The notes under the pieces were generated by a model. It saw nothing but the letters and a program-made list of their open reading frames with translations. It made no database searches and was not told the origin of the DNA. Below are positions 59,236 to 64,000 of a DNA stretch of 64,000 nucleotides, in pieces. Within the stretch, counting starts at the first letter, position 1; every line of letters begins with the position of its first letter. The stretch covers positions 6,078-70,077 of the forward strand of contig JBBRCL010000006.1 of the NCBI GenBank assembly GCA_038204895.1, given 5' to 3'. Origin of the DNA: Actinomycetales bacterium. GTDB lineage: Bacteria > Actinomycetota > Actinomycetes > Actinomycetales > Cellulomonadaceae. Position numbers and translations under genes: made by a program.

Positions 59236-62073
59236 ATGACGGAGACGTCCAGCACCAACAAGTCAGGCCCCCGCGGCGCATCGAAGGCGCGCCAGGCGGG
59301 CCTGACGATCGAACGGGTCTTCACGACGCCGGGCACGCACCCCTACGACGAGGTCGAGTGGGAGCGCCGCGACGTCGTGCAGACCAACTGGCGGACCGGC
59401 GAGACCATCTTCGAGCAGAAGGGTGTGGAGTTCCCGACGTCGTGGTCGATGAACGCTTCCACCATCGTCACGACCAAGTACTTCCGCGGGGCGGTCGGCA
59501 CCCCTGTCCGGGAGTGGAGCCTCAAGCAGCTCATCGACCGGGTCGTCCTGACCTACACCAAGGCCGGACGCGACAACGGCTACTTCGCCACCGACGAGGA
59601 CGCGAGCCTCTTCGAGCACGAGCTGACCTGGATGCTGCTGCACCAGGTCTTCTCCTTCAACTCCCCCGTGTGGTTCAACGTGGGCACCGCGTCCCCGCAG
59701 CAGGTGAGCGCCTGCTTCATCCTCTCGGTCGACGACACGATGGACTCGATCCTGAACTGGTACCGCGAGGAGGGGATGATCTTCAAGGGCGGCTCGGGCG
59801 CCGGGCTCAACCTCTCGCGCATCCGGTCCTCCAAGGAGCTGCTCTCCTCTGGCGGCACGGCCAGCGGTCCGATCTCCTTCATGCGGGGTGCGGACGCATC
59901 CGCCGGGACCATCAAGTCCGGTGGCGCGACCCGGCGCGCAGCGAAGATGGTGGTCCTGGACGTCGACCACCCGGACATCGAGGAGTTCGTCCAGACCAAG
60001 GCCCGCGAGGAGGACAAGATCCGGGCCCTGCGCGAGGCCGGGTTCGACATGGACCTCGGCGGCAAGGACATCGTGTCCGTGCAGTACCAGAACGCCAACA
60101 ACTCCATCCGGGTCAACGACGAGTTCATGCAGGCGGTCGAGGACGGCGGCGCCTTCGGGCTGCGCGCCCGCGCCGACGGCTCGGTGGTGGCCACCGTCGA
60201 CGCCCGGGAGCTGTTCCGCAAGATCTCCACAGCGGCCTGGGAGTGCGCCGACCCGGGTCTGCAGTACGACAGCACCATCAACGACTGGCACACCAGCCCC
60301 GAGGCCGGGCGCATCACGGCCTCCAACCCCTGCTCGGAGTACATGCACCTGGACAACTCCTCGTGCAACCTCGCCTCGCTCAACCTGATGACCTTCCTGC
60401 GGGACGACGACACCTTCGACGTCCGGAGCTTCGAGAAGGCAGTCGAGCTGGTCATCACGGCGATGGACATCTCGATCTGCTTCGCCGACTTCCCCACCGA
60501 GGCGATCGGGGCGACGACGCGCGCTTACCGCCAGCTCGGTATCGGGTACGCCAACCTCGGTGCCCTCCTCATGGCGACCGGCCACGGCTACGACTCCGAG
60601 GGCGGCCGGGCACTCGCCGCGACCATCACCTCGCTGATGACCGGGACCGCCTACAAGCGCTCGGCCGAGCTGGCCGGCGTCGTCGGGCCGTACGACGGCT
60701 ACCGACGCAACGCCACCGCGCACCGGCGCGTGATGCGCAAGCACGCCTCCGCCAACGACGACATCCGGACGTTCGGGGCGATGGACGCCGAGCTGCACGC
60801 CGCGGCCACCCGGGCGTGGGCCGACGGCAACCGGATCGGCGAGAAACTGGGCTGGCGGAACGCGCAGGCCTCGGTGCTCGCCCCCACCGGCACCATCGGC
60901 TTCATGATGGACTGCGACACCACGGGCATCGAGCCGGACTTCTCCCTTGTCAAGTTCAAGAAGCTGGTCGGTGGCGGGTCGATGCAGATCGTCAACCAGA
61001 CGGTCCCCCGCGCCCTGCGCCGCTTCGGGTACACCGAGGAGACCATCGAGGCGATCGTTGAGTACATCGCCGAGCACGGCCACGTCGTCGACGCACCGGG
61101 TCTGCGCCCGGAGCACTACGACGTGTTCGACTGCGCAGTCGGCGAGCGGGCGATCTCCCCGCTCGGTCACGTTCGGATGATGGCGGCGGTCCAGCCGTTC
61201 ATCTCCGGGGAGATCTCCAAGACCGTCAACATGCCTGAGTCGGCCACCGTCGAGGAGATCGAGGAGATCTACTTCAAGGCCTGGAAGATGGGCATCAAGG
61301 CGCTGGCCGTGTACCGCGACAACTGCAAGGTCGGCCAGCCGCTGTCCGGCGGGTCCACCTCTACCACGTCCGTCCCGGCAGCGGCACCGACGACCGGCGC
61401 CGCTCCGGCCAGGGCCGTCCGCAAGCGGCTCCCGCGCCAGCGCGCCTCGGTGACGACCTCCTTCAAGGTGGCCGGCGCCGACGGGTACATCACCGCCGGG
61501 TCCTATCCCGGTGACGGCCTCGGTGAGGTGTTCCTCAAGCTCGGCAAGCAGGGGTCGACTCTCGCCGGCGTGATGGACGCGTTCTCGATCGCGGTGTCGG
61601 TGGCACTGCAGTACGGCGTGCCGCTGGAGACGTACGTGGAGAAGTTCACGAACATGCGGTTCGAGCCGGCCGGGATGACCGACGACCCTGACATCCGGAT
61701 TGCCCAGTCGATGATGGACTACATCTTCCGGCGCCTGGCCCTTGACTACATCCCGTTCGAGACCCGCTCCGCGCTCGGCATCTACACCGCTACCGAGCGC
61801 GCCCGGCAGCTCGAGACCGGCTCCTACGTCGAGGAAGAGCCGGACCAGGGAGAAGTCGGTGAGTCCATCGAGGCGGCCTCGCCGGTGGAACCGGCAGCAC
61901 CGCAAGCCGGCGGTCCGCCGGCTCCTGCCGCGCGCTCCTCCGCCGAGCTGTTCGAGTTCAAGCAGGGCCGCACCGCCGACGCCCCGTTGTGCCTGTCCTG
62001 CGGGATCAAGATGCGCCCCTCAGGCTCGTGCTACGTCTGCGAGGGCTGCGGATCGACGAGCGGCTGCAGCTGA
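59236..62073 (+). CDS. nrdJ: Class II (AdoCbl-dependent) ribonucleotide reductase
   Basis: FNSPVWFN, ACFIL, SNPCSEY, APTGTI, YRDNCK, TSCPD domain, C-terminal CxxC/CxxC. Confidence 0.97.
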   Translation: MTETSSTNKSGPRGASKARQAGLTIERVFTTPGTHPYDEVEWERRDVVQTNWRTGETIFEQKGVEFPTSWSMNASTIVTTKYFRGAVGTPVREWSLKQLIDRVVLTYTKAGRDNGYFATDEDASLFEHELTWMLLHQVFSFNSPVWFNVGTASPQQVSACFILSVDDTMDSILNWYREEGMIFKGGSGAGLNLSRIRSSKELLSSGGTASGPISFMRGADASAGTIKSGGATRRAAKMVVLDVDHPDIEEFVQTKAREEDKIRALREAGFDMDLGGKDIVSVQYQNANNSIRVNDEFMQAVEDGGAFGLRARADGSVVATVDARELFRKISTAAWECADPGLQYDSTINDWHTSPEAGRITASNPCSEYMHLDNSSCNLASLNLMTFLRDDDTFDVRSFEKAVELVITAMDISICFADFPTEAIGATTRAYRQLGIGYANLGALLMATGHGYDSEGGRALAATITSLMTGTAYKRSAELAGVVGPYDGYRRNATAHRRVMRKHASANDDIRTFGAMDAELHAAATRAWADGNRIGEKLGWRNAQASVLAPTGTIGFMMDCDTTGIEPDFSLVKFKKLVGGGSMQIVNQTVPRALRRFGYTEETIEAIVEYIAEHGHVVDAPGLRPEHYDVFDCAVGERAISPLGHVRMMAAVQPFISGEISKTVNMPESATVEEIEEIYFKAWKMGIKALAVYRDNCKVGQPLSGGSTSTTSVPAAAPTTGAAPARAVRKRLPRQRASVTTSFKVAGADGYITAGSYPGDGLGEVFLKLGKQGSTLAGVMDAFSIAVSVALQYGVPLETYVEKFTNMRFEPAGMTDDPDIRIAQSMMDYIFRRLALDYIPFETRSALGIYTATERARQLETGSYVEEEPDQGEVGESIEAASPVEPAAPQAGGPPAPAARSSAELFEFKQGRTADAPLCLSCGIKMRPSGSCYVCEGCGSTSGCS

Positions 62074-62078
62074 TCGTC

Positions 62079-62126
62079 ACGCCCGACGGGCCGGTTCCTC
62101 TTCCGGGGAGCCGGCCCGTCGGGCGT
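62079..62126 (+). terminator. Long GC hairpin after nrdJ
   Basis: About 22-bp stem ACGCCCGACGGGCCGGTTCCTC/GGGGAGCCGGCCCGTCGGGCGT with TTCC loop; no U-tract. Confidence 0.7.
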
Positions 62127-62382
62127 CGTGCCGTGACGCGCAACGCCTCAAGCCGCCCGGTATCGGACATCTGCGGAGGAGCCGGGTCCATGACCCGCGG
62201 CCGCAACGCTCGGCGGTCTCGTCGCACCCGCTGATGGCCGGAAATCGGTGCGTTTGCGCTGAAGGTCCGGGAATTTCACCCGCGTGCTTCCTCAGCCTCG
62301 CGGCTGGTCGTCCCGAAGCCTTCAGCGACAGACCCATGCCGTCCATCCGGACGGCCTGAGCCGCACGCGAGGACTCGAGCAC

Positions 62383-63954
62383 ATGGCGTCAGCACAGCCG
62401 TCGGTCACTCGACGCTCCTTGCGAGCTGCCGAGCGCGCCGCCAGCGGGAATGCCGACGAGCCCGTCGTGCCGCAGGCACGGACGGAACCGACCCTCCAGC
62501 CCAGCCGGCGAGACCAGCGATCCCTTGCGCGCGCCCACCTCGAGGCCACCGTTCGCGCCTCCGTGCGGCGTGCCGTTGCCCGCTTCGAGCCGCAGCCCGG
62601 ACAGCACAGCCGCACCGCGTCGGCGAGCGGCCATGCGCACTCCGCCGCAGCCACCGCGCCGGCAATCCGCGCCTCCCGGCCGACCTCGGTCCAGGCGTCC
62701 CGTTGGCACTCCTCCCCCTCGCTGATGTGGGCCCCCCAGCTCGGCCAGGCACCTGCCCTCGGCCTCGCGCTGTCCGTGCTGATCGTGATCGCCGGGATCG
62801 GGTACGTGCACACCGACAACCTGGATCGGGCGGATCAGGCCGCGGTGGCGGCCGCGGCGGCCGAGCAGAGCCGCCGGGACAGGGTCGACGACGCCGCCGC
62901 GGACCGGCTCAACGGGTTGGCCACTGCCTTCTTCGCCGAGCGCCGTCAGGAGGCCCTCGAGGCGGCGCGCGGCGCGGTCGAGACGGCCGATGCGGTGGTC
63001 GTCGTGGCGACCCAGGTACTCGCAGCCGAGACCGTCAGCCCGCTGGGCGAGGCGGCAGCAGAGCTTGCCGAGATGGTGCGGCAGAACCCTGACCCGCTGA
63101 TGCTCTCCGGGGCCGACGTCATTCCGCTCGCGGCCACCGATCCCACGGTGACGTCGACGGTTTCGGCAACAGAGCCGGCTCCGGTCACGGCAGAACCGGC
63201 CACGGCTCCTGTCCCGGCAGAGCCGGCTCCGGCGGGGCCTGCCGCGGCAGCCGGTCCCACTACCGACCTCCGGTTGGAGGAGGGGGCGCTCGGCAGGATG
63301 GCGGAGCGTCCGGCCGCTGAAACCCTCGCGGCGCTCGACCTCGAGACCAGCGCACGGATGCTTGAGTTCGCCCAGCAGGTGAGCCAGCTGACGGAGCAGG
63401 TCAAGGCGGCTTCCGACGTCGCATCGGCTGAGCTGGCCGCGGCCGCGCAAGCCGCCGCCGAGCAGGCCGCCCAGCAGGCCGCGGCAGCGGCTGCCGCAGC
63501 CGAGCGCGCGGCTGCATCGATCCACCACAAGATCGAGATCGCCGATGCGTCACCGAACGGACAGATCCCCCGCGAGGTCCTCTGCGGCGTGGCGTTCGAC
63601 TCCGACACGCTCCTGCGCTGCGACGCCGCCCGCGCCCTTGAGCAGCTCAACGCGGCCTACCGCGGGCAGTTCGGCCAGAACCTCTCAGTGACCAGCTCCT
63701 ACCGGGATTACGACGGCCAGGTCGAGGCGCAGAATACCCGCGGCGGCCTGGCTGCCACTCCTGGGACCTCCAAGCACGGCCGCGGTCTGGCAGCGGACCT
63801 GGACGGCTTCGGCGATGTCGGCCAGTTCGACACGCCGTCGTACATCTGGATGACGGCGAACGCCGGAGCCTACGGATGGATCCACCCCTCGTACATGGGT
63901 CCCGGCGGTTCCGGCCCGCTGGAACCGTGGCACTGGGAGTACGGCACCGAGTGA
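62383..63954 (+). CDS. Membrane-anchored M15B/VanY-like D,D-carboxypeptidase
   Basis: TM LGLALSVLIVIAGIGYV, coiled coil, Pro/Ala linker, SSYRD..SKHGRGLAAD..EPWHWEY. Confidence 0.88.
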   Translation: MASAQPSVTRRSLRAAERAASGNADEPVVPQARTEPTLQPSRRDQRSLARAHLEATVRASVRRAVARFEPQPGQHSRTASASGHAHSAAATAPAIRASRPTSVQASRWHSSPSLMWAPQLGQAPALGLALSVLIVIAGIGYVHTDNLDRADQAAVAAAAAEQSRRDRVDDAAADRLNGLATAFFAERRQEALEAARGAVETADAVVVVATQVLAAETVSPLGEAAAELAEMVRQNPDPLMLSGADVIPLAATDPTVTSTVSATEPAPVTAEPATAPVPAEPAPAGPAAAAGPTTDLRLEEGALGRMAERPAAETLAALDLETSARMLEFAQQVSQLTEQVKAASDVASAELAAAAQAAAEQAAQQAAAAAAAAERAAASIHHKIEIADASPNGQIPREVLCGVAFDSDTLLRCDAARALEQLNAAYRGQFGQNLSVTSSYRDYDGQVEAQNTRGGLAATPGTSKHGRGLAADLDGFGDVGQFDTPSYIWMTANAGAYGWIHPSYMGPGGSGPLEPWHWEYGTE

Positions 63955-64000
63955 CGGTCGGCCTCGTCCACTGCCAGAGCCCGTCCACGTCCGTTTCGCC

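Noticed and set aside
63160-63245. Imperfect GCAGAGCCGGCTCCGG repeats
   Set aside because: Encode a Pro/Ala linker (EPAPV) in the M15 protein; not CRISPR or a mobile repeat

Overview
High-GC actinobacterial chromosome segment; RbpA and gene order suggest Micrococcales, Cellulomonadaceae-like (inference). 1-38 kb is mostly + strand housekeeping: pyrC(partial)-carAB-pyrF, mihF-gmk-rpoZ-coaBC-metK-priA-HAD-fmt-rsmB, rpe, FMN riboswitch-rib operon-hisEG, pafBC-tatAC-DAGK, helY, amidohydrolase, lnt-ppm1. Two accessory cassettes interrupt it (arsR-acr3; TetR plus membrane protein). 38-54 kb is mostly - strand: rbpA, gene remnants, a KaiC-like/PPDK_N protein, pyc, the garA/MerR/DUF881/pgsA2 cluster, RNB nuclease, ltaE, pduO. 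54.4-64 kb (+) holds a cobalamin riboswitch, B12 ECF uptake genes, class II RNR nrdJ and an M15 peptidase. No rRNA, tRNA, CRISPR or transposase was seen. Best non-obvious signals: (1) an unrecognised ~165-nt cloverleaf-like RNA with its own sigmaA promoter between the amidohydrolase and lnt; (2) a dif (XerCD)-like site at 38823-38850 near the strand-bias switch, flanked by gene remnants and an orphan perfect LexA box; (3) a perfect PafBC-type promoter overlapping an NrdR box before nrdJ, within a B12 scavenge-activate-use module. All motifs and folds were read by eye, consensus sequences are recalled from memory, and no searches were run.
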